Below are positions 51,958 through 62,992 of a DNA stretch of 64,000 bases, piece after piece. Under the pieces are notes generated by a model, which was not told the DNA's origin, did no database searches, and saw only the letters and a program-made list of their open reading frames with translations. The translations under genes and the position numbers were made by a program. The first letter of the stretch is position 1, and each line of letters starts with the position of its first letter. The DNA lies in IMG/VR virus record IMGVR_UViG_3300037222_000100, positions 103,870 through 167,869 of that record. One strand, given 5' to 3'. Origin of the DNA: a virus.

Positions 51958-52863
51958 CTAGTTATGGATGCTGCCTACGTTGCCGCCGCCCGAAGCGTCA
52001 GCATTGTCCCACGTTCCGTTACTCGTAGTGATGTAGTGGAACTGCCATGCGTAACTACCAGGCACAGAAGCATTGAAGAAGACTTTGAAGAAGTCTCCCG
52101 TATTGCTCACTGCGCCTGCTGCTGCCGGATTGAATCCAACGGGCGTGGGAACGGTGAATACCTCATCGCCAACGAATTGCCCTTCGATACCCGCGTTCAG
52201 CGATTGACAGTTGGGCGTTACGCCTTCGCCGCCATTGGTTACGAAAGTGCCGTTGAACAACTCCGTCACGACGAATGTACCGTCCGACTGGGGAGATACA
52301 ATGAATGTTCTGGTGAACGTATCGTTCGCCCAAACCGATTCATGGTCGCTGTTTTCCGGAGGCCCTGAACATCCAGACGTATCTTCGCTCGTGGACGAAT
52401 ATGGACCAAAGACCAGCGGGCTAGTGCCAGCCGGACCCTGAGGACCAGTCGCACCTGCCGGACCCACTGGACCGGGGATGGTACTAGCCTCTCCAGTAGC
52501 ACCAGTGTCGCCCTTAGGACCCTGCGGACCAGCGGGTCCCGGCACCGTGCTGGCGGAACCTTCTTTGCCTTCGGGACCCGCAGGACCCGTTGCTCCGATG
52601 GCCCCTTGTAGCCCCTGCTTGCCTTCTGGACCAATCGGACCAGCTACTCCAGGGATGCCCGGAAGGCCCTGAGCGCCTTTAGGACCTTTGGGACCAACCG
52701 GGCCTCGCGCGTAGTAGTTCTTGCATTTGGTTTTCGTACCCGTAACCGTCGTACAGTTCGAATACGTTGCCTTTGCCGATACGGCCTTCGTTGCCAATGC
52801 TGTACTCGTACCGCCAAGCGCCAGAAGCGCCGTCGCCACGAGTCCTACAAGAATGCGCTTCAT
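51958..52863 (-). CDS. Secreted collagen-like protein with a globular C-terminal domain
   Basis: MKRILV signal peptide; Gly-X-Y run. Confidence 0.85.
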   Translation of the reverse strand: MKRILVGLVATALLALGGTSTALATKAVSAKATYSNCTTVTGTKTKCKNYYARGPVGPKGPKGAQGLPGIPGVAGPIGPEGKQGLQGAIGATGPAGPEGKEGSASTVPGPAGPQGPKGDTGATGEASTIPGPVGPAGATGPQGPAGTSPLVFGPYSSTSEDTSGCSGPPENSDHESVWANDTFTRTFIVSPQSDGTFVVTELFNGTFVTNGGEGVTPNCQSLNAGIEGQFVGDEVFTVPTPVGFNPAAAGAVSNTGDFFKVFFNASVPGSYAWQFHYITTSNGTWDNADASGGGNVGSIHN

Positions 52864-52920
52864 GATATTCCTTTGCTTGGGGATCAGAGTCGTTCTGATC
52901 GTGAGTGTACAGGACTGCAA

Positions 52921-54057
52921 CTACGAAGTCAAGGGTGATCCGTCAGCTTCTTTGAACTCGATGATGATGGCCTCGCCGTCATCAACGATGGCAGTCTCGA
53001 CCTTGAGTCCCATGGTCTTAGCCGTCCGGTGCGCGAGCACGCGGAATGATGCAGCTTGCCCATTGAAGTCCTCGCCCGCATAGAGCTTGTAGACCTGGCC
53101 GTCGCTCCAGATGCCCCATGGGTAGATCGGAGGACGCCCTTGACGCGTCGGGAACTCATCGATCACGTCACTCATGGCCAACGTCTCATGATCTCACGCT
53201 TGATGTCATTCCAAGCGTGGTTGGCATAGGTCAGCACAGCCGATTCCAGGAAGCTGATGATCTGAAGACGGTCTTGGGCTAGCTGCGTCTGTCGAGCGCC
53301 CTCGGCTGCCTCCTCAGACGCCCTAGTCTCAGCAACGAATAGGCTCGCTTCCACGGACCCGCGAAGCGTCGCCTCCTCGAAGGCCAACTCCTTCCAGTTG
53401 TCACGTTCAGCGCACGCTTCGCGGAGATCATCCCTATGTTCGTGGACGATCCCAATCGCGATGGAGTAAAGCTGCTCCCACTCCTCGCTCGCGAGTTCTG
53501 CCCTGTCGCGTTCGGCCATCAACTCATCTGCCGTCTCGCGCATCTTGCGCAGACGGTATGCCAAGTCAGGAGCCATGTCGGCCGTGGCAAGGATGTCGAG
53601 CTTTACGCCGTTATTGAGATATGCATCAATCTCCTGCCGAGCCTGCACGTCGGGCTCCACGAAGGAAATGTGAGTCGTGGGCGCGGGACTGACCCTCCGG
53701 TAACAGATACCGCAGTCCGGATCATCACACGTCCCGTTCGTCAGGGCATCTATAGCCGCCTCAACGCTTGCATCGTACTCCCGACGAGCTTGTGAATCAG
53801 CAGCGGCCATCAGTCATCGCTCACGATGTCATCGATTTTCACGGTCACCGCATCATCGGGCAAATCCGCCCACCCGTCCAAGTTGGATAGCGAGAGCCCA
53901 AGACCGATCAGATTGATGGCCAAATGCTCAAGGAGTGCCTTCTCGCTGGCGAAAGGAACGCCATACATGGCCTCGCCTCGATCTAGGTCCAGAACGGCGT
54001 CATCCTGCACATCGATGGAGGCATAAGTCGTTAGCGTGATCGGTATCTTAGTCATGA
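52921..54057 (-). CDS. Three coupled hypothetical genes (53810-~54057, 53172-53810 coiled coil, 52921-53175 possible DNA-binding GRPPIYPW protein)
   Basis: TGC-TACACT before MTKIP; overlapping stop/start codons. Confidence 0.55.
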
Positions 54058-54098
54058 CGTAGGAGTGTAGCAGAAGTGGAGATGGATGGGGCGAGGAC

Positions 54099-54536
54099 TC
54101 ATTTCTTTTCTCCTCGCAGGATTTTCCTCGCCTTGTCGTAGCGACCACCCGGCTGGCGCATCCCCTGCTTATCCGCAGGACATGGCCGAGTGCAGTTGTC
54201 GTCGTTATCTGCCAGCTTGACTTCCTTAGCGATCTCTCCGGCCTCGCCTTCGGCCATTGCGATGCCTCGAATGTAGTCAAGGTAGGTTTCCTCCGGCATG
54301 CGGGTGAGGAGGAACAGCGCCGAGTACTCCACGTCGCTGATGCCAGCGCTCTTGAGCGCTCCGAAGTTGGTCGGGCCATCCTCGACCGCATCGTGCAACC
54401 AAGCGACGACCTTGGCACGCGGCTTGACTTTGACCGCCACCCGTTCAAGGTGCCCGAACTCGGGCTCGCTTGACCAATCGATGCGCCCATAGGAGAGCAG
54501 AGCAGCAATGGCCTTGGCCTCCTTATGAGTCATCAT
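54099..54536 (-). CDS. Stand-alone HD hydrolase resembling the RelA/SpoT hydrolase domain
   Basis: GHLERVA..AWLHDAVED..LLTR..Y..YI..VKLADN.DN. Confidence 0.8.
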   Translation of the reverse strand: MMTHKEAKAIAALLSYGRIDWSSEPEFGHLERVAVKVKPRAKVVAWLHDAVEDGPTNFGALKSAGISDVEYSALFLLTRMPEETYLDYIRGIAMAEGEAGEIAKEVKLADNDDNCTRPCPADKQGMRQPGGRYDKARKILRGEKK

Positions 54537-55108
54537 CGCGACACCCCACAAGCGATCAGGAAGCGGTCGCGATCAAAGCGAGGATTCTCCCGTTCGAATT
54601 CGTCTGCAAGAGCTTCAGCGCTGACCTCGATCCCATGACTATAGTTCTCAAGCAGCCGTTGAGACATGCGACTGAGACTCTCGTTTGATGCGTCAGCCAA
54701 GAAACCATTGCGCTGTCGATTGAGGACAGCCGCCACCATTTGATAGTCCTTTTTAGTCATTGACTGTGGCCTCCTGAATGACTCGCTTTGCTTTGCGAAT
54801 CTCTGCATCAGTAAACTGACATTGATTCTTCATGATGAACTGCGCTTTGCGCAGCCGCTCTGCGTATCGATAGGTGTAGCGAGAAAGCATGAATATAGTA
54901 TATCAGACTAGGCTAACGCCTGCAAGAGCGGCCTGCGCGAGTGAGAGCGATGGCCAAGGCGTCGGATAGAGTTGTGCCCGCCAATGCGTGTAGACCTTAC
55001 CATCTGGCCAACGTGCGTTGACGTAGCCCAACCCAAACTCAATGGCCCGCTTGCCCTTGACGTTGGGATCAGGCACGATCTCCACAGGAATGCCCAGGTA
55101 GTAGAACA

Positions 55109-55441
55109 TCAGCGACCGCAGCACTTCTTGAACTTCTTGCCGCTGCCGCAGGCGCATGGCTCGTTCCGTCCCTGCTTCGGTGCCTGAGGGCGCAAGAGGA
55201 CACGTTGCCGAATGCGACAGATGATCGTATCCGGATCGGCATCTGAGAGATCAAGGTCGCCGTCCTCGAAGCCTTCGCACTTCGGACATTCGGTCAGGAC
55301 CTCGCCCCGCCAGTATGTAGGGAGGCCCTCCCATCCGCAGCGGTTGCAGCGAGCCATCCCGCCGAGAGAGGCACCGGTCTTCCAGTCCCGGCACGCGGAC
55401 AGGTCGAGCATGCCGCGCTCCTCAAGGACCTCGGTGATCAT
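55109..55441 (-). CDS. Zinc ribbon plus SEC-C motif protein
   Basis: GRNEPCACGSGKKFKKCCG. Confidence 0.85.
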   Translation of the reverse strand: MITEVLEERGMLDLSACRDWKTGASLGGMARCNRCGWEGLPTYWRGEVLTECPKCEGFEDGDLDLSDADPDTIICRIRQRVLLRPQAPKQGRNEPCACGSGKKFKKCCGR

Positions 55442-57040
55442 GTGCCCACCGTGATGGTGAAGTTGATCTCATCGAGATCGATTGGCTTGCGATAGGACCA
55501 CCCTCGATGAGGGTCCCACGCAATCTCAGCGTCGGCTGGCAAATCATGCAGGACACGGATCGCTTCGAAATGCGCCTGCGTGGGCTGACCCTCAAACGGC
55601 TCATTCAGTTGATCGCGGGCCTCGAATGCATCCATCCTCATGTCCCAACCGTAGTGCCCTGTTTCTTCTTCCAGGACATACGTTTGTCTGCGTACGGTTC
55701 CTTGTCGTCTTGAAGCAGCGCTCGACCAGCCTCGTTGCGAGTCTTGAACTTGCCCTTGGTAGACACCTTCCATCCGGCGTCTGCGCCACGAGCGAGCCAC
55801 CAGCTTCGCGTGATGCCTTTCTCGTCGCGAAAGGTGTGCTTCTCTACGACGCCACGAAACTTCGTGTCGCCCTCATGCGCGAGCACGCGATAGCGAGATG
55901 GGGTGATTTCACGGAAGATCATCTAGCACCGCCCTGGATCGTGTCGATCAGTGCCAGGCTCAGCATCGTCCTCGCACGTTGCAACGGGAGTCGTGACGAT
56001 CTTCTTGATACGCGCTCGTTCCTCACGCGGGACCAATAGATCAGCAAAGGTAGATATCGGCCAGTCACCGCGCTGCTGCTCACCCCACTCGGGCTCGGGG
56101 TCGCTGATGACAAGCTCGACGCTACCATCGGCATCTATCTGCATGAGCGCAGGTCGCGTGTCTACGGAAGCTACAAGGCGCAGGATGGCGCGTGCCTCTT
56201 CCAGCCGACCCTCAAGCGTGTAAACGTTGTACCGGTTCTGCTTAGCAAGTGGCACATCGATTTCAGCGCTATACGCATGTTCGAGCGTCCGAACGCGGTC
56301 TTCAAGCGACGCTCTGAGATCAGCGAATGTCATCATGCCTCCTCTAGCAACTCCGCCAAAGCAATCTCAGCGTTGTGGATTTGCCGTAGCGTCAAAAGCC
56401 AAGCGCATACGTCCTCGCTTGTTTTCACGCGCTGTACGATCAAGCTTTCGGTCGAGATGTCATCGAGCATCCCGCCGTAATGCGCCTGAGCGACCGCCAA
56501 GCTGCGCTGCTCCTGGCGAGCCTTGAGATAGCGAGCCCTGCGCTTTCTGCGCTCGGGCTGGCCCTCCGGGGGCGATTGAGAATCGCGCCACATCAGAGTC
56601 GCCCTCCCAAGAGGACATAGCCCAGATAGCTGATGAGCACACAAGCGCCTATCGCGCCCAAGAATGCCCATCCGAAAGAGAGCGCCGCGATCATTCTGCT
56701 CGCCGACCCATCTCATAGTCGTACGAGCGAAGCTCACAGACGGCCTCGGCGTGATCCATCCTTTTCCGCAACTCGAAGTACTCGCTTTCGTACTTCTGAA
56801 GTAGTTCTCCCGCGCTCATGTCGGTAGCTCCCCGTAGTCTTGTTGGAACCGTTCGCGATGACCCAGAAGGTCCTTGAGCCAGTCGGCCGCGTCGTACAGG
56901 CCAAAGCGCGTAGCGAGGACGAGCATGTCTTTCAACTGGTCGTCCAGGCTTTCCTGCGATTGATTGGCCGCTACGCCTTTGCTCACGCGCACAGCATCGT
57001 CCATCAACTGCGCACTGCCAGAACCACTTTCGTATCGCAT
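55438..57040 (-). CDS. Run of small hypothetical genes
   Basis: Overlapping stop/start codons; individual boundaries uncertain. Confidence 0.4.
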
Positions 57041-57261
57041 AGCCCTAGATAATATCAGAGCGATGAACCAAAGTCAAGCAATGAGTTCGGTAACGACTTC
57101 GATCAAGATGATTAGCACAACAACAGCGATTGTCTCGTAGATCGTCAAACGCAAGACTTCGCGCCACGTAGGCTGCGGATTCCACGAGGCCCATAGCTCA
57201 CCCGCTTGCTTTAGTCGGCAGACGATCAGGTTCTTGATTTCTTTGATGGCAAACCTTAGGT

Positions 57262-58488
57262 TCATCGTCGTTGCACGGCGGGTCCGGGAGGCTGAATGCC
57301 TCCGCGTGGGATCAAGTCCTTTGGCCAGAACCATCCTGTGATGCCGTGAGGTTCCATTCTACCAGCTTGAGCCTGCGGTCCCGCGAAGTAGACGTTCACG
57401 AGCCCTAGAGGATCAGAACCAAGGACCTCGCCAATGCTGTTGGCCGGAATAGTGGCCGTCTGGCCTGCATTCAAGCCAACGGTCTGCCCAACGTCCTCCT
57501 GTTTCAACTGGACCATCTGTCCGTTCGTGAACTGCTGCGCCGCGACGTGGGAGAACGTGCCGCCTGGAGACTGGATCGGGTTGAGTGGCGTCTGTGGCTT
57601 GAGGCCAGGGACGGACACAGGATTGATCGCGGGCTGAAGGGAGGGATCATGCGGGTACTGCGGAATGAGTTCAGGTGGCTCGGGCGCTTGCCCCGGAGGA
57701 GGCGTGCCTGGTCCAGCCGGTATGGGGGCTATCTGATTCTGCATCCCAGGCTGTTGCGGGCCAGGAGCGGTCGCTGGAGGCACCATACCCGTGCCGCCAC
57801 CAGGGACCTGCGCCATGCCTTCTGGCGCTGGAACGGCTCCAGGACCGCCTTCCTGCGGCGCTTGCGGGCCTTCAGCGCCGGGTCCCGTTTCTTCATCGAG
57901 AGGCATTGTCTGCGCAAGCCAGTAGGTGGCCAGCACATGAGAGCACACCCGACCCTCGTACTTCTTCCACTGACGAGTGCGTTGCCAGGCGAACTGATCC
58001 CACTTACAGCCGCACGACCAGAGCGAGATAGCCTGCGAGCTTGGGTCCTGCCGTGTGATTTCTGTCGTGTAGTCGCCGTGATCGCCTTCGACGTGGCCAG
58101 CGATGATCTGAGCGCTGTTGCGCAGGATGTGGACTTTGCCTGACTGGATAAGACGCTTGGCCTTTGCTTCGATATCGTTCCAGTCCGCTTCCTTGATCAA
58201 CTGCGTGTCGGCGTGATCCCAATCGAGACGATACTGCGCCCGCTCGATGCCGTGGCCAACTAGCTGCGCCTCCACGATGCGGCAAGCATACTCGCGGTCG
58301 AGGATCGAACCCCCACTGGCGAAGACATGAGCGACCCCCGGCGTGACCGAAAACCATGTTGCGTCCGTGTGTCCGATACGCAAAGAGTGCGCCGGTAGCT
58401 CGGGTGGCGCGTCGGCGAGCGCGAGACGGTAGTAATCCTCCTCCCAGGACCCTATATCTTGCGTTGAGATAACCTTAGACCACGACAT
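57262..58488 (-). CDS. Multidomain protein with SWIM zinc finger, Pro-rich linker and small C-terminal beta domain
   Basis: WSCGC...VCSHVLA; GTCATAAT upstream. Confidence 0.75.
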   Translation of the reverse strand: MSWSKVISTQDIGSWEEDYYRLALADAPPELPAHSLRIGHTDATWFSVTPGVAHVFASGGSILDREYACRIVEAQLVGHGIERAQYRLDWDHADTQLIKEADWNDIEAKAKRLIQSGKVHILRNSAQIIAGHVEGDHGDYTTEITRQDPSSQAISLWSCGCKWDQFAWQRTRQWKKYEGRVCSHVLATYWLAQTMPLDEETGPGAEGPQAPQEGGPGAVPAPEGMAQVPGGGTGMVPPATAPGPQQPGMQNQIAPIPAGPGTPPPGQAPEPPELIPQYPHDPSLQPAINPVSVPGLKPQTPLNPIQSPGGTFSHVAAQQFTNGQMVQLKQEDVGQTVGLNAGQTATIPANSIGEVLGSDPLGLVNVYFAGPQAQAGRMEPHGITGWFWPKDLIPRGGIQPPGPAVQRR

Positions 58489-59017
58489 TCAGTCATTATG
58501 ACGCAGTACGGTCGTCAATTCCACCGTGCGTTGACTCTCTGCATGATAGCAGAAACCTGTCGCTCGTCCAGGTCGAGATCGCGCGCAAGAGACTGTTCTA
58601 TCTCCTCAGGCGAAAAGAGGCCAGTGGCAGTCTGCGCGATGCGCAGCGCCGTCGTCATCTTGTCGGGCTCCGTGACGCTCATACCGAGGGGTCATTCGTC
58701 ATGAGCAGGGGAAGGTCCTCGCGTCCAAGCTCCCGCAGCTTCTCCTCAGCTTCCTCAAGCGAGTCGGCTTCGATGAAGACGCCAAGCTCTGGCGTCTCGT
58801 CTGTCTCGTGGTTATATGGCGTGATGATCATGACTGCTCCTCATCTAGGGGCTCAGCGATAAGCTCACGGAACCATTGACGGTCCGGCGTATCCACAGGC
58901 TTGCCTGTGTGCTCTTCCTCAAGTACAGCCGCGTTCTCGCGAGCAATGGCGCTCCCTACGGCGCGATCCAACTTGGTTTCAGGGTATCGGGGCATAGCCC
59001 ATAGTATACAGGATACG

Positions 59018-61822
59018 CTACTGCGCTGTCAAGGGCTGTTCGTAATCTAGGCCACGAACAGGGACTTCCTGATTCGCAACCGAATCCCACATGCTCTTCT
59101 GATGACCGTTCCAGGCTCGCTGATAAGCTTCATCGTGATCATCATGGCCTTCGGTCACATCGAGCACAATGTTGCCCTCGTGCTTCCAGGCCCCGACGTA
59201 TTTCCCCGGCTCATGGAGACGATCCTTGAACCTGGCGATAAAGTCTTCCACGGCCTGAGGACTGAATTGATCCTCGGGTATCGGCGTCTGGGTGGCCAGG
59301 TCAGGAGCAAAGCCATAACGCGCAGTCGGCCCGTTGCCGTAGAGATCACGCGTGCTGCCACCCATCTGCATTGTCTCGTCATAGACCTTGTGGGCGACTG
59401 GGTTGCTCGCCTTGAACTGCCAACGCTCCTCGGGTTCATTTCGTGGTGTCACGACTGGCGGCTTACCCATATATGTGACCTCAGGATCACTCGGTAGCTC
59501 CCAAGCAGGATTGAGCTTCTTAGTCGGATTCGTGAACTGAGCCCCCGGCACCGCGCGACGAAGAGCCTCCTCGGTCATATACTGCTTCTGATACTGATTC
59601 ATGTCATCGTGGTCCAAGCTGATCTGCGGCCTAGCATGCGTTGTGACGTAACCGTTCTCGTTGATGTCCCCAAACGCCATTTCCTTAGGTAGCACATCTT
59701 CCCATATTGGGTGATGGGCGAGTTCCGAGTGCGTTGAATGCTCGCCCTCCTCACGACCCATCTGGCCCAAGAGTAGACGATTGCTGTTCGGGTGGTACAC
59801 GAACTTCGCCACTTGCGGATTGCCTGCGATCTTCGCCTCATGACCGGGAACCGGACGTTCCGTGAAGGGTATCTTCGCCCATGGCGTCGGTATCTCTTTG
59901 TCGTTTGTCTCTTCGTGAGCCTCTTCTGAATGCTCGGGCGTTAGGCCCCAAGAGGGATGGTGCTCCTCCAATGCGAGGCGCGATGGCTGTACGGCCGTTG
60001 GCACGTAGTAACGCTTGGGCTCGGTGCCGTGGTAGCCGCCCAATTCCTCGTTTGGACTATCTGGATCGTATCCGCGCCCCGTCTCCTCAGCACGCAACCT
60101 CTCCTGCTCATCATGAATGCGACCGAGGTCCCAGTCGTTGTCATGCGCCTTCTGACTTACTAGCGCCTCGGGGTCCGGAGCTATGGGCAGACCATGAGCC
60201 TGCACCGAGTAGATGTCCATTCCGTTAGGATCGTCGTTTCGCTCGACAGGTTCCGCCTCATCGTGCCACGCCTCTTGCTCCTCCTCGGGCCAGTCCTCAA
60301 AACCCTCGGGAGGATCAGGGTACTCGTATCGATCTTCTTCGTAGTCCTCATTATCATGCCCGTACTCTCCCGGCTCGCGGGGATTGATCTGCTGATGCAT
60401 CGTGTGCGTGTATGCGCGCGCATCATCGAGATTGTCAAAGAGATAGTTGCCCGGAGGCTGCGGCCAAGTGTAGTCCCACGGCGACTCCTCGCGGCGTCCC
60501 TGCTCATGTCCCTCTAGACCATGCTCTAGGATCGACTCGCGATTCTTGCGCGGAGAAACATGGAACATCGTCTGGAAGCCCATCGGGGTCTGCACGGAAG
60601 TCTTTCCTTCGCGCTGCTGCTTCAACTCGTCGTAGTAGGAATGGAGGTCGCGTAGCGGGCCGACTTTGAAGTTCATGTTCGGATGCTCGACCTCTAGCGG
60701 AGTCGGACTGTAGCCCAGAGTGATATGAGGCTTGTAGCCACCGGGGAAGCGCGAGACTGGTAGGCCGCGTTGCTGCGCTTCGTCCATCAAACGTTCCGTA
60801 TCTGCCTCCAATTGCGGATGATGCACGCGCATGACGACCGGTGCTTGCTCGCCGACTTTGGGCGGAGAGAAACTCTCGACCCCTGTTGTCTGCACAGGAT
60901 ACGTGAGTCCGCTATGTGACTCCGCCCAGTCGTGGTGACTCGGGTCCCCAAAACCACTCGGACTGTAGACGCCCGTGACGTGATAGCGATCAGGGGGTGC
61001 CATGCGCGAACCCAGTGGCCACGGAAGCGTGTGCGCCCACTCGTGGATCGCGTGCTTCGTCTCATCCGGCACCATATAGCTCGGGGCGAACCAATCGCTT
61101 GCGGCCGTCTTAGCGATGTACTCGCCGCTTACGCCGCTGATCTGAGGAAAGAGCCCGCGATTGGCCAGCATCTTGTAGATGATGTTGGACTCCGCGAAAT
61201 CTCCCTTGCCCTTCGCCATGTCACGCTGACGCTTTTTGTGGATCGAGTGCCAGAATTCGATGGCCTGGTCGGGCTCGTAGCGCAACAGACGTTCCATCTT
61301 GTCGGCCATCTGGAGCGCCCAGGCGTAGAAACCACCTTGCTCCGCCTTCACATCATGCACGCGGTTCTTCTCGGGAGGCACGATCCACTGGTTCGTGTCG
61401 ATGTCATAGCCGGAACGCAGTCCCGGCTTGTATAGGTCAGACGGCTTGAGGCCACCGCCCACCACGAAGTCCTGAAGAGGAAACGGGGTTCCCGGCAATG
61501 TCTTGCCATCAAGTTTACTCACCATCAGCGCGATCATCTCGGCACGCGACCACTCGGGGAACTTAGCAACGTCCACGAAGAGCGAAATGTCGATATCGCT
61601 GTCGTTGGAGTACTGGTATGTGCAAATGCTCCCCGTAAGGACGAGAGACAGCCAATCCTCGACATTGGTGTAGCCAGCGGTTTTGAGAGTGTGATAGATG
61701 ACGCGCTTGATCCAATGCGCGTGCTCCGTCTTGAGACTCGGCTTCTCGGCAGCCGGATTGTCCCAGACACGAGGATCAAGCTCGGCGTGAATGGGGTCGA
61801 GGATATTACCGATTCGTGTCAT
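59018..61822 (-). CDS. 934-aa multidomain protein: Pol-beta-type nucleotidyltransferase, 2H phosphoesterase, ART-like and two unnamed domains
   Basis: TGS..Y.Y...SDIDI; YHVT..PHIT; MFHVS..N..SI..HGL..YLF. Confidence 0.82.
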   Translation of the reverse strand: MTRIGNILDPIHAELDPRVWDNPAAEKPSLKTEHAHWIKRVIYHTLKTAGYTNVEDWLSLVLTGSICTYQYSNDSDIDISLFVDVAKFPEWSRAEMIALMVSKLDGKTLPGTPFPLQDFVVGGGLKPSDLYKPGLRSGYDIDTNQWIVPPEKNRVHDVKAEQGGFYAWALQMADKMERLLRYEPDQAIEFWHSIHKKRQRDMAKGKGDFAESNIIYKMLANRGLFPQISGVSGEYIAKTAASDWFAPSYMVPDETKHAIHEWAHTLPWPLGSRMAPPDRYHVTGVYSPSGFGDPSHHDWAESHSGLTYPVQTTGVESFSPPKVGEQAPVVMRVHHPQLEADTERLMDEAQQRGLPVSRFPGGYKPHITLGYSPTPLEVEHPNMNFKVGPLRDLHSYYDELKQQREGKTSVQTPMGFQTMFHVSPRKNRESILEHGLEGHEQGRREESPWDYTWPQPPGNYLFDNLDDARAYTHTMHQQINPREPGEYGHDNEDYEEDRYEYPDPPEGFEDWPEEEQEAWHDEAEPVERNDDPNGMDIYSVQAHGLPIAPDPEALVSQKAHDNDWDLGRIHDEQERLRAEETGRGYDPDSPNEELGGYHGTEPKRYYVPTAVQPSRLALEEHHPSWGLTPEHSEEAHEETNDKEIPTPWAKIPFTERPVPGHEAKIAGNPQVAKFVYHPNSNRLLLGQMGREEGEHSTHSELAHHPIWEDVLPKEMAFGDINENGYVTTHARPQISLDHDDMNQYQKQYMTEEALRRAVPGAQFTNPTKKLNPAWELPSDPEVTYMGKPPVVTPRNEPEERWQFKASNPVAHKVYDETMQMGGSTRDLYGNGPTARYGFAPDLATQTPIPEDQFSPQAVEDFIARFKDRLHEPGKYVGAWKHEGNIVLDVTEGHDDHDEAYQRAWNGHQKSMWDSVANQEVPVRGLDYEQPLTAQ

Positions 61823-62320
61823 GCTTATTACCCATCAGTTCTATCGCCACTCTTGGCCATATCGCCACTCCCACGCCCAGAACCACTCGTCGCCCTGCTT
61901 GTAGAGAACGGTTGGCTGGCCTGCCGCCCAATCTATGCCGTCAGGAGTGACCTCATTGACGGGGACACGATAAGCCGCCCACTGCTCGTTGGTGCCGCCA
62001 TCCTCACGCGGGCGTTGTCGATTCCGGTAGAAGGCCGCGAATAGAGCGTGGTCCTCCGGATCGCTCAGAACGACTGTCATGGCGCTCCTTGTCGTACGCG
62101 ATGATCGTCTGATCCGGCGTCTTGATCCCAAAGCAAAGCACATGCCTCGGCAGGTCGGTGGTCGGGATCAACAATATAGATTTGGAAGAGGTCTTCAAGA
62201 GTGCCGTCCTCTCGCTTGATGAAGACACGCTTAGGACGCCGCCTTCGGTTGATGTACTTGACTGACGATGGAAAGGCTTGCACTACGCCTCCGGTTGTGC
62301 TTGAATGTACTCCTGCGCCC

Positions 62321-62992
62321 TCATACTAGCAACCTCGCCTTTGCTGCGCTGAACTCATCCTCCGTCAGCGCACCCGCTTCACGAAGCGATGCCAGTTTGG
62401 CAAGCTCGTCCGATGTAGATGTGACAGGAGCGGGGTCAGCCGTGGCTGGCGTTAGCTGTGCCGCAAGACGGTTGACTTCAACCGCAAACTTGCGGGCATC
62501 GCGTGAGCATATTTCGTGACACTCTTGCGTAACACTTATGTCTGGACCCGTGATGGTTAGGAACACATGACCGGCGATCTTTTTGCCGCCAAGCAATCCC
62601 GTGCCAACAGTCCACGTTGCCTTGGACTTTGAGGTCTGATCTATAGAAGCCTCAGCCCCGATGATAGAGCCAGCCTTTTGATAACGCTTGCTCGCCTTGA
62701 CAAGTTTGCCATGCGTGATTGCAACCTCACCATGCTCATAGAGCACCATAGTACCTCCGGGCAGCCCTCCATCTTTCCCTACGGGAACTTTGATCTTGAA
62801 CTTTGCAACCTCAGCGCCACGCTCGGATGCCGCTTGAGCAATACGCTCAGGCTGCCACTGCTCCTGAAAGCTCTTATTCTCAGCCTCTTGATCTTTCCTA
62901 GCCTGACGCTCGGGATCGTTCTTGCGCTCTGACGCCTTGACAGCGGCATAACCAACGGGGGACGTATACTTGAGTGCGCTTTTGAGCTTCAT
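62321..62992 (-). CDS. SHOCT domain protein
   Basis: DELAKLASLREAGALTEDEFSAAKARLL. Confidence 0.85.
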   Translation of the reverse strand: MKLKSALKYTSPVGYAAVKASERKNDPERQARKDQEAENKSFQEQWQPERIAQAASERGAEVAKFKIKVPVGKDGGLPGGTMVLYEHGEVAITHGKLVKASKRYQKAGSIIGAEASIDQTSKSKATWTVGTGLLGGKKIAGHVFLTITGPDISVTQECHEICSRDARKFAVEVNRLAAQLTPATADPAPVTSTSDELAKLASLREAGALTEDEFSAAKARLLV

